Of a stretch of 64,000 bases of DNA, positions 1-9,582 are shown in pieces (position 1 is the stretch's first letter; every line of letters begins with the position of its first letter). The notes under the pieces are model-generated. The model searched no databases and was not told the origin of the DNA. It was given only the letters and a program-made list of their open reading frames with translations. The position numbers and the translations under genes are program-made. Origin of the DNA: Hyalangium minutum. GTDB lineage: Bacteria; Myxococcota; Myxococcia; Myxococcales; Myxococcaceae. The stretch lies in assembly GCF_000737315.1 (NCBI RefSeq), contig NZ_JMCB01000014.1, positions 1 to 64,000 on the forward strand. Direction: 5' to 3'.

Positions 1-351
1 GAAATCCAGGCCGAGGAGGACTACATGTCCTCGTGCGTCCAGGCTGCTCGCAACCTGTTCATCTCCCGCATGAACATGCTGGATGCGGCGGGCCCCTCCA
101 CCATCAAGTTCAAGGAAGATCTGCGCGGCGTAAAGCTCGCCACGGGCCACTTCGGCCGGCTCGAAGAGGTGAGCGCCACGGACGTGTCCGGCTCCATGAA
201 AGATCCCAACCGGGATGTCCAGGACATCTCCAACACCAACACCGTCAAGCCGACCACCAAGTTCTACACCGTCACCGCGGTCTGCAAAGAGACCGAAGAC
301 CCCACCAGCCCAGAGCGTGAGATCGAGTTCATGGTCCGCGTCGGCCTCTAA
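1..351 (+). CDS. 3' part of a gene starting before the window; possibly a PilX-like minor pilin
   Basis: Frame open from base 1 (EIQAEEDYMSS...) to TAA 349-351. The C-terminus FYTVTAVCKE...REIEFMVRVGL resembles myxobacterial PilX-like proteins (from memory only). Confidence 0.4.
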   Translation, partial: EIQAEEDYMSSCVQAARNLFISRMNMLDAAGPSTIKFKEDLRGVKLATGHFGRLEEVSATDVSGSMKDPNRDVQDISNTNTVKPTTKFYTVTAVCKETEDPTSPEREIEFMVRVGL

Positions 352-498
352 CCTCCCCTCCCGCACCACTTCCACTGCCTCTGGCACCTGCTGGAGGCGG
401 TGCCTGTCCACCTGTCGGACCCGGAGACCGGTGGTCAAGAGTGGCTACCCGCCGGAGCCCACCGCACCTCCCCACCCGGTCTGCGGTAGCCTTCGCAC

Positions 499-3342
499 AT
501 GATCTCGGCTCCCGCGACCGTGCAGGCTCGCTTCCTTGGCCGTGAGCTGGCCGTGGACGGGCTACCGGTGAAGGGCGACGCGCGCATCCCCTTCGCGCTG
601 CTGCTCATCTCCTTCGCCGTGCTCGGCACCACGCTGCTGGGGTTCAACCGTAGCCCGCTGCAGATCCTCACCACCGTCGTCGCGACGGCCGCGCTCGATG
701 TCCTGCTGCACCTGCTGCTGCGGAAGCGACTGCTCTTCCCGCTCTCGGCGGTCATCTCCTCGCTGTCCCTGGCGCTGCTGCTCAACTACGCGCACGACCC
801 GCTGCTCATGCTGGTGCCGGTGTTTCTCACCGTGGCCTCCAAGCACCTGCTTACCCACGAGGGCCGCCACGTCATCAACCCCTCGCTCTTCGGGGTGACC
901 ACCACGCTGCTGTTCTTTGGGGACCTCATCACCAGCTCACCGTCGTACCAGTGGGGCGGCAGCGGCATCATGTCGGGGTTCATCGCCGCCACCGCGCTGC
1001 TGCTCTTCCTGTTCCGCGTGGGACGGCACATGGTCGTCCTGTCCTTCCTCGGCTTCTACTGCCTCTTCCTGCTGGTGCGCGCGTGGTTCGTGCGCCACCA
1101 CATCCCGGCCGAGGTGCTCATCGTCGGCAGCCTCACCACGCCTCCCTTCTACCTGTTCACGTTCTTCATGATGACCGACCCGCGCACGTCCCCGCCCACG
1201 GTGCGCGGACAGGTGCTGGTGGCCTTCCTCGTCGCGCTGCTGGATCTGGTGTTCCACTCAGCGCAGAGCCTCTTCACGTTCTTCTACGCGGCCTTCACCG
1301 TGCAGAGCAGCCGCTTCCTGTTGCTGCACCTGCGGAGCCTGCGCGCTCAGGGGATTGCCTCCTGGGTAAGGGGCACCTTTGATGGGCAGTTGGCGCGCCG
1401 AGCCACAGTGCTCCTGCTGCTGATCGCTTCCGCAGCCCTGGCCTGGCGGCTGGTGCTGAGACCCGCCGCCGAGGAAGCCCGCGCCACCTTCCACCTCGAG
1501 GAGGTAGCGGCGGTGGACGCTGGGATCGTCCTTCCTCACGATGGAAGCCTGCTGACCCGGTTGGATCCTCGGATTGCCCACGTGGCCAAGTGGGTCCTCA
1601 GCGTCGGAGCCTCGGTGGCCACGGGGGACGTGGACCAGGATGGCCGGAGCGACCTGCTCTTCATTGCGCCGCTCGCCTCCGAAGGCCACCGTGTCTCCCT
1701 GTTCCGCAACCAGTCGGAACCGGGCCACCTGCACTTCGAGCGCGTGCCCTTGCCCACGGAGACCATCGATCGGGACATGGTCCAGAACGGCTACGCCGCC
1801 ACGGGACTGTTCTTCGATCACGACAACGACGGGGACCTCGACCTCCTGCTGCCCGTGGACTTCGGTCCGCCGCGCCTGCTGACCAACCGGCTCGTAGAGG
1901 AAGGAGTACTGCGGTTCGTCGATGCCACGGAGGGCTCCGGGCTGGAGTCGCTCTACGTCACGGGCCACGCGAGCACGGTGGCGGACCTGGACGCGGACGG
2001 GCGATTGGACGTGATCATCCGCTCGACCCTGCGCTCAGCCGACGATGCGGGGCGGAGACTCAACCTCTTCCGCCTGCCCGAGCCGGAGTTCGAGGGTGAC
2101 CGGCGCATGTTCGCCTTCCTGCACAACTCCTGGCACAAGGCGGACAATGGCGGTCCCACGGAGGTGCTGCGCAACCTGGGTGGAGGCCACTTCGAGCGCC
2201 TGGATGCCCGCGAGCTCGGGCTCACGGCCACCCACTGGACGCTGGCGCTCTCCGCAGCGGATCTCGATGCGGACGGTGACACGGACCTCTACTTCGCCAA
2301 CGACTTCGGCCCAGACGATCTGTACGTGAACACGGGCAAGCCCACTGCGCCTCACTTCACCCGGGTGGAGGGGCGCTTCTTCGGAGAGATCGGCCGCGAC
2401 ACCTACAAGGGAATGAATAGCACCGCCTTCGATCTGACTGGCGACGGGTGCCTGGACATCTATGTGTCGAACGCCCACGTGCCGCTCCTTGCCGAGGGCT
2501 CGCTGCTCTGGGTGAACGAGGGCATCGATCCCTCGAAAGGCATGGTGCGCTTCACCGACGAGGCGAGCAGGCGCGGCATCCTCAACGAGAACCACTTCGG
2601 CTGGGGTGCGGGCGCAGGCGACCTGAACGACGACGGGTGGCCGGACGTCGTGCAGGGAAACGGCTATCTCGACGATCGCTTCGAGAACGGCACGGGCCGT
2701 CCGAGCGAGCACTGTCCCTCCTTCTGGTACACGCACCATAAATTTGCGCAGTCAGGTCCCGACATTCACACCTATGCGGACCAGTGGGCCGACCTGCGCG
2801 GCTACTGCATCTTCGAGGTGGAGCGGCGGCGCGTGTTCCTCAACCGAGGTCCGGACGCCCAGCCTCAGTTCGTGGACGTGCGAGACGCAGTGGGGCTGAA
2901 GTCCGGAGAGAACACCCGGGGCGTGGCGCTCGTGGACCTTGATGGCGACGGCAGGCTGGATATCGCCATGGCGAACCAGCATGGACCGCCCTCGCTCTTC
3001 CTCAACAGGGCCGAGGAGAGCACTGGGAATGCCTGGGTGGCGATGGAGCTCGCGGGCGACGTCCGGCACTGCAACCGGGAGGCGCTGGGCAGCCAGGTCA
3101 CCGTCACCACGCCCGACGGCAGGCGGCAGGTGCAGCAGAAGCAGGCCATCACAGGGCTCTCGGCGCAGGGAGACCGGCGCCTGCACTTCGGCCTGGGGGT
3201 GCTCGCGCCGGGCGCCACCGTGGACGTGGAGGTGCGGTGGTGCGGAGCGCTCGGGCCCTCCACGAGGTATGCGCTCAAGCCTGGGCAGGTCCACCGGCTC
3301 GAGATGCCCACCACCACCGTGGGCACCTGGTTCATTCCCTGA
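499..3342 (+). CDS. Fusion: N-terminal RnfD/NqrB-like (UnbU/E5-like) membrane domain + C-terminal FG-GAP/CRTAC1 ASPIC-UnbV (E4-like) domain
   Basis: 947 aa. Hydrophobic N-terminal third with KHLL..RHVINPSLFG and FFMMTDPRTSP. Repeated DxDxDGxxD motifs, ANDFGPD, WGAGAGDLNDDGWPD, and C-terminal RLHFGLG...VEVRW. Confidence 0.8.
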   Translation: MISAPATVQARFLGRELAVDGLPVKGDARIPFALLLISFAVLGTTLLGFNRSPLQILTTVVATAALDVLLHLLLRKRLLFPLSAVISSLSLALLLNYAHDPLLMLVPVFLTVASKHLLTHEGRHVINPSLFGVTTTLLFFGDLITSSPSYQWGGSGIMSGFIAATALLLFLFRVGRHMVVLSFLGFYCLFLLVRAWFVRHHIPAEVLIVGSLTTPPFYLFTFFMMTDPRTSPPTVRGQVLVAFLVALLDLVFHSAQSLFTFFYAAFTVQSSRFLLLHLRSLRAQGIASWVRGTFDGQLARRATVLLLLIASAALAWRLVLRPAAEEARATFHLEEVAAVDAGIVLPHDGSLLTRLDPRIAHVAKWVLSVGASVATGDVDQDGRSDLLFIAPLASEGHRVSLFRNQSEPGHLHFERVPLPTETIDRDMVQNGYAATGLFFDHDNDGDLDLLLPVDFGPPRLLTNRLVEEGVLRFVDATEGSGLESLYVTGHASTVADLDADGRLDVIIRSTLRSADDAGRRLNLFRLPEPEFEGDRRMFAFLHNSWHKADNGGPTEVLRNLGGGHFERLDARELGLTATHWTLALSAADLDADGDTDLYFANDFGPDDLYVNTGKPTAPHFTRVEGRFFGEIGRDTYKGMNSTAFDLTGDGCLDIYVSNAHVPLLAEGSLLWVNEGIDPSKGMVRFTDEASRRGILNENHFGWGAGAGDLNDDGWPDVVQGNGYLDDRFENGTGRPSEHCPSFWYTHHKFAQSGPDIHTYADQWADLRGYCIFEVERRRVFLNRGPDAQPQFVDVRDAVGLKSGENTRGVALVDLDGDGRLDIAMANQHGPPSLFLNRAEESTGNAWVAMELAGDVRHCNREALGSQVTVTTPDGRRQVQQKQAITGLSAQGDRRLHFGLGVLAPGATVDVEVRWCGALGPSTRYALKPGQVHRLEMPTTTVGTWFIP

Positions 3343-3348
3343 GCCCGA

Positions 3349-4407
3349 CTACCCTCGAGGCTCGTCGAACACGCCGCGCTTCGCCTGGTCCCGCTCGATC
3401 GAGCGGAAGAGCGCCGAGAAGTTCCCCTCCCCGAACGAGAGGTGGTTCTTGCGCTGGATGATCTCGATGAAGATGGGCCCGATGAGGTTGCGGGTGAAGA
3501 TCTGCAGCAGGTACCCCTCCTCGTCCCCATCGATGAGCACGTTGCGGCGGCGGATCTCCTCGCGGTCCTCGGTCACCTGAGGCACCCGCTGGTACGCCTC
3601 GCGGTAGTAGTCATCGTCCATGTCCAGCATCTCGATGCCCAGCCCATCCAACGCCTTCAGCGAGCTCAGGATGTCCGTGGTGAGGAACGCCAGGTGCTGG
3701 ACGCCTGGCCCCTTGTACTCATCGAGGTACTCGTTGATCTGGCTCTTCTTCTCGTCCGCCTCGTTGATGGGGATGCAGAACGTCCCGCACGGCGAGCGCA
3801 GCGCATAGGACGTCAGCCCCGTCTTCGCTCCGCGGATGTCGAAGTAGCGGACCTCCGTGAAGCCGAACACGTCCTTATAGAAGGAGGACCAGCGCCCCAT
3901 CGTCCCCTTCTCCACGTTGTTCGTCAGGTGGTCGAGCAGCGTAAACCCCTTGGACGCCACCCTCACTGCCTCGGGGTGCGGCACGAAGCCCATCCGCTCC
4001 CACTTCTCCTGTGGGTTCGCCCCGTCCACCAGGTAGATGAGGCTCTCGCCAATGCCGTACACGGCCGGCACCGGACGGCCATCGCGGAAGAAGAGATCTC
4101 CCTCGGTCCGCGCACGCGCTCCACGCGACACCGCCGCCTCCTGCGCCTTGAGGCCGTCATGCACCTTCCATCCCATGGAGCTGATGGACGGACCATGCAG
4201 AGCGGAGAAGCCCGCAGCGAACGACCCACTGCCTCGGTTGAGCAGCAACCGGATCTCCCCCTGCTCGTACAGGTCGATGCGGCGCGCGGGGTGGTGCAGC
4301 GTCCGAGAGAAGCCGAACGCCCGGAACAGCCGATCCAGCCGCTCCGGCTCGGGCGCCACGAACTCGATGAAGTCGATGCCTTGCAGTCCTACGGGGTTGA
4401 TGCTCAT
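3349..4407 (-). CDS. hppD: 4-hydroxyphenylpyruvate dioxygenase
   Basis: 352 aa. DHLTNNV, GPGVQHLAF, YLLQIFT, FIEIIQRK, FGEGNFSALFRSIE motifs. Confidence 0.95.
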   Translation of the reverse strand: MSINPVGLQGIDFIEFVAPEPERLDRLFRAFGFSRTLHHPARRIDLYEQGEIRLLLNRGSGSFAAGFSALHGPSISSMGWKVHDGLKAQEAAVSRGARARTEGDLFFRDGRPVPAVYGIGESLIYLVDGANPQEKWERMGFVPHPEAVRVASKGFTLLDHLTNNVEKGTMGRWSSFYKDVFGFTEVRYFDIRGAKTGLTSYALRSPCGTFCIPINEADEKKSQINEYLDEYKGPGVQHLAFLTTDILSSLKALDGLGIEMLDMDDDYYREAYQRVPQVTEDREEIRRRNVLIDGDEEGYLLQIFTRNLIGPIFIEIIQRKNHLSFGEGNFSALFRSIERDQAKRGVFDEPRG

Positions 4408-4660
4408 CCGGGATGTCTCCTCGTTCCGTTGTCCCGCCAGCGCCTCAGGGCACCTTCACCGCCTTAGGATCCCCGTTCTCCAAGGGCCGCGGCAAGCCGG
4501 TGCGCCCCTCCGCGTTGCGCATGACAAGAGTCGTGTGTGCCGAAGGCGGCACAGTGTCCCCTGTCATCCCACCACGTTCAGCGGGCCGCTCGGGATGTCC
4601 ATGCCCTGCAAGGTAGGGATGGACCTGGAGAGAAGAAAGCACAAAGACCTGCCAGAGACT

Positions 4661-4675
4661 GTGCAGGAAATGCAC
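4661..4675. promoter_or_regulatory. Candidate LysR T-N11-A operator
   Basis: GTGCA-GGAAA-TGCAC perfect dyad containing T-N11-A, 10 bp upstream of the lysR ATG in the divergent hppD/lysR region. Confidence 0.55.
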
Positions 4676-4685
4676 AATCTTCCTC

Positions 4686-5573
4686 ATGCACATCACACTG
4701 GATCAGGCCCGGGCCTTGGAGGCGCTCGCCCGCCACGGCACCTTCGCGGCCGCGGCCCAGGCGCTCCACAAGGGACACACGGCGGTGCTGTACGCGCTGC
4801 GCACACTGGAGGAGCAAACAGAGCTGACGCTGCTGGACCGGCGCGGCTACCGCACGCGGCTCACTCCAGCGGGAGAGCGGGTGCTCGAGCACTGCCGCAA
4901 GCTGCTGGCGGCCGAGCGAGAGCTGGAGAACACGTGCGCGGAGATCCGCGCGGGCTGGGAGCCCACCCTGCGCATCATCTTCGACGGCATCTTCCCGGCT
5001 GAGCCGCTGCTGCGCGTGGTGAAGCAGCTCCGAGCCGAGGGAGCAGGCACCCGCTTCCACGTCTCGGGAGAGTTCCTCACGGGAGTGGAGGCAGCGTTCA
5101 TCCGGGACGAGGCGGATCTGATGGTGTCCCTGCTACCGCCCACCCTGCCAGAGCTTCGCACCTACCGCCTGCCCGAGCTGCGAGCCGTGCTGGTGGCCCA
5201 CCGCGACCATCCGCTGGCGGCCACCCGAGGCCCCCTGAAGGACGAGGACCTCGCGCCGCACCTGCTGCTCACCGTACGGGGCTCGGATCCCCGGCTCCAG
5301 CTCAGCACCGGCCCGCTGGAGGAGCGCTCAACGGTGCACCTCAATGACTTCGCCTCCAAGAAGGCCGCCATCCTCGAGGGGCTCGGGTATGGCTGGCTGC
5401 CGGAGTACCTGATGAAGCGGGAGCTGCGCCGAGGAGAACTGAAGGTGCTGAAGCTCGCGCGAGGCTCCACCCACCTCTTCCACCCCTCCCTGCACCACCG
5501 CATGGGCGTGCGCCTGGGCCGGGCCGCCAGCCGCGTGGTCCAGGCACTCACTGGGGTAGACCCCTCACCGTGA
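4686..5573 (+). CDS. LysR-family transcriptional regulator
   Basis: 295 aa. N-terminal HTH (TLDQARALEALARHGTFAAAAQAL...LEEQ...RLTPAGE). Divergent from hppD. Confidence 0.93.
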   Translation: MHITLDQARALEALARHGTFAAAAQALHKGHTAVLYALRTLEEQTELTLLDRRGYRTRLTPAGERVLEHCRKLLAAERELENTCAEIRAGWEPTLRIIFDGIFPAEPLLRVVKQLRAEGAGTRFHVSGEFLTGVEAAFIRDEADLMVSLLPPTLPELRTYRLPELRAVLVAHRDHPLAATRGPLKDEDLAPHLLLTVRGSDPRLQLSTGPLEERSTVHLNDFASKKAAILEGLGYGWLPEYLMKRELRRGELKVLKLARGSTHLFHPSLHHRMGVRLGRAASRVVQALTGVDPSP

Positions 5574-5600
5574 CCCGAGAGACACCTCGAACCGGAGTGC

Positions 5601-7304
5601 TCAGCTTGCGTGTTCGCGGACAGCAGCCACCTCGTAGGCGGCCGCCTCGGGGAGCGTGATGCGAAAAGCCGTGCCTCGCCCCACCTCGCTCTCCACCTGG
5701 ATGGTGCCGCCCATCGCGGTGATGATGTTGTGGCACACCGATAGCCCCAGCCCCGTGCCCTCGCCGATAGGCTTGGTGGTGAAGAATGGCTCGAAGATGC
5801 GCTCCAGGTTGTCCTTCGGAATGCCGCAGCCGGTGTCCCGCACCTCCAGCACCACGGTCCCCGAGCCGCTCGAGCGCGCCGTCACCCGCACCTCGTTGTC
5901 CTGGGGCTTGCCCGGCGAGATGGCGTACGCGGAGTTGATGAGCAGGTTGAGCACCACCTGACTCAGCCGAGGTCCATTGCCCCAAATGGCCGGAACGCCC
6001 TCGCAGTTCTCCACCACCTGGGCGCGATCCCTCAGCTCCCGAGAGGCGATCTTGACGGCGCCCCGCACCACGCTCCCGAGCTCCACCCGGCCCAACGCCA
6101 CATCGTCCGGCCGGGACATCATCCGCAGCTCCTGGACGATCAGCCGGACGCGCTCGGCTCCCTCATGGGCTGCAGCAGCGGCCTCCAGCACCTCTTGACG
6201 CTCGGGCGTGGGGGCCTCCGCGTCCTGCTCCAGCTCCTTTCGGATGAAGCGCAGGTTGCTGAGGATGTACGAGAGCGGGTTGTTGATCTCATGTCCCACG
6301 CCCGCCGCGAGCCGGCCCACCGTGGCGAGCCGGTCCGCGAACAGCAACTGCTCCTGGGCCGACTGGAGCTGCCGCAGGCTCTCCTCCAGACGCGCATTGG
6401 TCCCCTGCAGCTCGGTGGTGCGCGCGCGCACCGTCTCCTCCAACATGGCGCTGTAGCGGCGGGCCTCCCGCTCGGACACCTCGGCCTCGGCCTTGATCAG
6501 CCGCTGCTTCTCCTGGAGCGTCTCCCGCAGCTTCCCGGCCATGCGGTCCATGGCGCGCGCCAGCAGGCCCAGCTCGTCCCTGCCCATGGCTGGCAGAGCC
6601 ACCTCGAAGTCTCCGCGGCCAATGCGCTCCGCCGTGACGCGCAGCTTGCGAAGCGAGCGCCGCAACGGCACGAGGATGGAGAGCGTCATCACGCCCATGA
6701 TGACCAGACAGGTCCCCGCGATCCACGTCGCACCCAGCTCGGCGCGCCCCGCCACGACGTTCCAGCGCTTGCGCCGCTCCAGCAGCTCCTCGTGCTCGGC
6801 CCGGCGGAGCGAGTCGATGAACTGTCCCACCGTCTCCTCGTAGCTCTGATAGAGCCCCCACTCCACCTCGGGTGCGAGCGAGGCCCGCTCCGGCTCATGG
6901 CGCGCACGCGCTTCCGTGAGATCCATCCAGCGCACCAATGATTCCAGCGCCCGAGCGCTCTCCGCACGCACGTCCCGGCCTCGCGCCTCTTCCTTGCCAT
7001 TCGCCAGGGCTTCGCGCTGGAGGGATTCCTCCAGCCGCGCCTGCTCCGCGCGCACCTGCGCTTGATGCTCCTGAAGCACGAGCGTGGTGTCCTGTCCCTC
7101 CTGCTGCGCGCGGCTCAAGGCGTTGAGAAAGGGCCAGACCCCGTCATCCAACCGGCTCAGGATCTCCAGCTGCTCCTGAGAGGCCACCACCTGCTCGCGA
7201 ATCTGCATGCCCCTCCGAGCGGAGAACGAGAGGGCACTGGACAGAACACAGATGACTCCCATCGCCGCCGCCGCGAACAACACGATCCGGGTGCTGACCG
7301 ACAT
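5601..7304 (-). CDS. Membrane sensor histidine kinase (HAMP, HisKA, HATPase)
   Basis: 567 aa. Two TM segments, HAMP (DELGLLARAMDRM), H-box GVGHEINNPL, N-box NLLINS, G1 DTGCGI, F-box FEPFFTTK, G2 GTGLGL. Confidence 0.93.
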   Translation of the reverse strand: MSVSTRIVLFAAAAMGVICVLSSALSFSARRGMQIREQVVASQEQLEILSRLDDGVWPFLNALSRAQQEGQDTTLVLQEHQAQVRAEQARLEESLQREALANGKEEARGRDVRAESARALESLVRWMDLTEARARHEPERASLAPEVEWGLYQSYEETVGQFIDSLRRAEHEELLERRKRWNVVAGRAELGATWIAGTCLVIMGVMTLSILVPLRRSLRKLRVTAERIGRGDFEVALPAMGRDELGLLARAMDRMAGKLRETLQEKQRLIKAEAEVSEREARRYSAMLEETVRARTTELQGTNARLEESLRQLQSAQEQLLFADRLATVGRLAAGVGHEINNPLSYILSNLRFIRKELEQDAEAPTPERQEVLEAAAAAHEGAERVRLIVQELRMMSRPDDVALGRVELGSVVRGAVKIASRELRDRAQVVENCEGVPAIWGNGPRLSQVVLNLLINSAYAISPGKPQDNEVRVTARSSGSGTVVLEVRDTGCGIPKDNLERIFEPFFTTKPIGEGTGLGLSVCHNIITAMGGTIQVESEVGRGTAFRITLPEAAAYEVAAVREHAS

Positions 7305-7479
7305 GACAACCCCTCTCCCGCGCCTCCTCCATTATCCGTCCCCAGTGAAACAAGAACAACCCGCCAAGCGGGTCCACCCATAAGGGTAGAAAACGCCCCG
7401 GGGGTCACCCTGACGGAGCGGGCAAGCGGCTGTTGATCAGATGGCAGGCAGTGCAGACCTTGCTCCCAAGGAGGGACAC

Positions 7480-7830
7480 ATGCCCCGCGGAGACAAGAGC
7501 AAGTACACGGACAAGCAGAAGCGCCGCGCCGAGCACATTGCCGACAGTTACAGGGAGCACGGCACGGGCGAGCGCGAGGCCAAGCGCCGTGCCTGGGCTA
7601 CGGTGAACGCGGAGTCCCATGGCGGTGAGAAGCCCGGCGGCAGCGGGTATGGCAAGCCGGAGACCCACCAGGCCTCGCGGCGTGGCGGACGGCACAGCAT
7701 GGCCTCGCGCACGTTCGCGCAGCGCTCACGGGCCGCGAAGAAGGCCGCAGCCACCCGGAGGCGCAAGTCCGTTCAGCGCGGCGTTGCTGCCAAGCGGTCT
7801 GCGGCCAAGCGCAAGACAGGCCGTAGATAG
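7480..7830 (+). CDS. Small basic conserved protein (MPRGDKSKYTDKQKR family) with K/R/A-rich tail
   Basis: SD AAGGAGG 7468-7474, ATG 7480. YTDKQKRRAEHI..SY...RAWATVN..GG motif. Confidence 0.75.
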   Translation: MPRGDKSKYTDKQKRRAEHIADSYREHGTGEREAKRRAWATVNAESHGGEKPGGSGYGKPETHQASRRGGRHSMASRTFAQRSRAAKKAAATRRRKSVQRGVAAKRSAAKRKTGRR

Positions 7831-7866
7831 CACTGCACCCACGTCCCATTGCTTCAGGAGGTAACC

Positions 7867-8049
7867 ATGTCCAGCAAGCGTGAACTCATCGAGCCGACCC
7901 CTGGGGACAAGCGGTACGTGCGCCGGGATGATCAAGGCCGCTTCAAGGAAGTTGACGACGTCGGGCGCTCGCTCTCGCAAGATCGCAAGCGCCAGGCCGA
8001 GCATGAGTCCAAGAAGGGTGAGGGCGACCGCGGCGACCGGAAGCACTGA
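7867..8049 (+). CDS. Small charged hypothetical protein (60 aa)
   Basis: SD CAGGAGG then ATG 7867. RELIEPTPGDKRYVRRDDQGRF..DVGRSLSQDR. Confidence 0.7.
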   Translation: MSSKRELIEPTPGDKRYVRRDDQGRFKEVDDVGRSLSQDRKRQAEHESKKGEGDRGDRKH

Positions 8050-8067
8050 CGGGCTCCGGCCTCGGGC

Positions 8068-9582
8068 TCAGGCCTTGAAGTAACGGCCTCCCTGGAGACG
8101 GGCGCGCCCCGCCTCCATCAGCATCTCCAGCGAGGCAAGGGCGCTTCGCTCAGCCACCGGGTGGATGAAGGCCGGAGTGTCCGAGTAGGCGGTCTCCACC
8201 ACCTGATGCAGCGTCGCGCCCTCAGGGGGCAGGGACTCCAGGATGCGCTCGGCCCGCGCGGCGCGGTGCTCGAGGTACTCCTGCAGCTTCCCAGGGCCAT
8301 CGGGGATGGGCCCGCCGTGCGCCGGGTACATCGTGGTCACGGGCAAGTCCCGAAGCCTCGCGAGCTGCGTGAGATAGTCGCGCATGTTCCCCTCGGGTGG
8401 ATCGATGACGATGGTGCTCACGCTGGCCACCATGTCGCCCACCACCGCCGCGAGGCTGCGCTCCTCCACCAGGCAGATGTGTCCGCGTGCGTGCCCCGGC
8501 GTGTGCAGCACGCGCCAGCGCTGAGGCGGGTTGCCCGCGAGCTCCAGCACCTCCCCATCCACCAGCAGCCGCTCCGTGGGCACGTCCAGCCGATCCGCTG
8601 TGCGGGCGTGGCACCACAGCGGGAGCTTCAGCCGCTCCTTCAGCATCTTCACGCCGCCCACGTGATCCCAGTGGTGGTGCGTCAGCACGATCGCCACCGG
8701 GCGCTTCCCCTCGGCTTCGAGGGTGGACAACAGGTCCCGGAGCTTCTCGAACTCGCGCTCATCCTCCGCGCCGGGATCCACGATGAGCAGCTCTTCAGGG
8801 CCCAGCACATAGCCGTTGGTGTGCGTGGCGGGCGGCAGCGTGGGCGTCACCAGGGGGATGATGCGGACGCCCTGCTGGAACTCGACGAGCGTGGCGATGA
8901 AGTCCGGGCAGTGTGGCGGTGCCTCCAGCCGCGCGAGCACGGCCTCCGGCGTGTCGAACTTCGCAAGCACCTGGAGCACGTGGACGCCTGGGGAGTGCAG
9001 CAGCGCCGTGCCCTCGGACCAGCGCTCCAGCGCGGCCTTGGGTGTGACCCACACCGCCTCCGTCAGCTCGCCCGGCCACAGCTCCGCCACGGCCTGCCGA
9101 GGCGCCTCCACCAGGAAGAAGCGCGTGTCGAAGCGCACCGGCATATACGGAGGGGTGATCCACCTGCCTGCGGGCTGGAAGTCCTGCGCGCGCAGCGTCA
9201 GCCCCGCCTCGGCCAGTTGCGCTCCCCACGTGCGCTCCTCTGCCAGCAGCGCCCGGCGCATCTCCTTCAGCCGCTCCGGGCTCAGCGCCTCGGCGCCCTC
9301 CGCCATCAGCACCCCGGTCTCCTCGAAGAGCTCGCGGGCGGCGGCCACGCGCATCGCGGCCTCTTCTCCGGACGCTCCGCGCATCGGCACCGCCGCGTCC
9401 GCCTTGTCCACCTTGCCTCCGGGAAAGGCGTAGAAGCCGCCGGCGAACCGGAGCGCCTTCTCGCGCTTCACCCAGAACACCTCCACGCCCTCGCCCACCC
9501 GCCGGTAGAGCACCGCCACCGCGGCCGGCCGAGGCGCAGCGGGTGGGGGCGGCGGGGGCATGCCAGGAATCGCCTCGCTCAT
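8068..9582 (-). CDS. NUDIX hydrolase / metallo-beta-lactamase-fold fusion
   Basis: 504 aa. FPGGKVD...AAARELFEETG Nudix box, then LTHHHWDHVGG, HTPGHARGH and PAHG MBL motifs. Confidence 0.9.
   Translation of the reverse strand: MSEAIPGMPPPPPPAAPRPAAVAVLYRRVGEGVEVFWVKREKALRFAGGFYAFPGGKVDKADAAVPMRGASGEEAAMRVAAARELFEETGVLMAEGAEALSPERLKEMRRALLAEERTWGAQLAEAGLTLRAQDFQPAGRWITPPYMPVRFDTRFFLVEAPRQAVAELWPGELTEAVWVTPKAALERWSEGTALLHSPGVHVLQVLAKFDTPEAVLARLEAPPHCPDFIATLVEFQQGVRIIPLVTPTLPPATHTNGYVLGPEELLIVDPGAEDEREFEKLRDLLSTLEAEGKRPVAIVLTHHHWDHVGGVKMLKERLKLPLWCHARTADRLDVPTERLLVDGEVLELAGNPPQRWRVLHTPGHARGHICLVEERSLAAVVGDMVASVSTIVIDPPEGNMRDYLTQLARLRDLPVTTMYPAHGGPIPDGPGKLQEYLEHRAARAERILESLPPEGATLHQVVETAYSDTPAFIHPVAERSALASLEMLMEAGRARLQGGRYFKA

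Noticed and set aside
499-3342. Calling an enediyne biosynthetic cluster
   Set aside because: No pksE, E3 or E10 in the window; only the fused E5/E4-like gene is supported.
4445-4696. 83-aa ORF upstream of hppD as a Tyr/Phe leader peptide
   Set aside because: Not enriched in aromatic codons, overlaps the lysR start, no SD.
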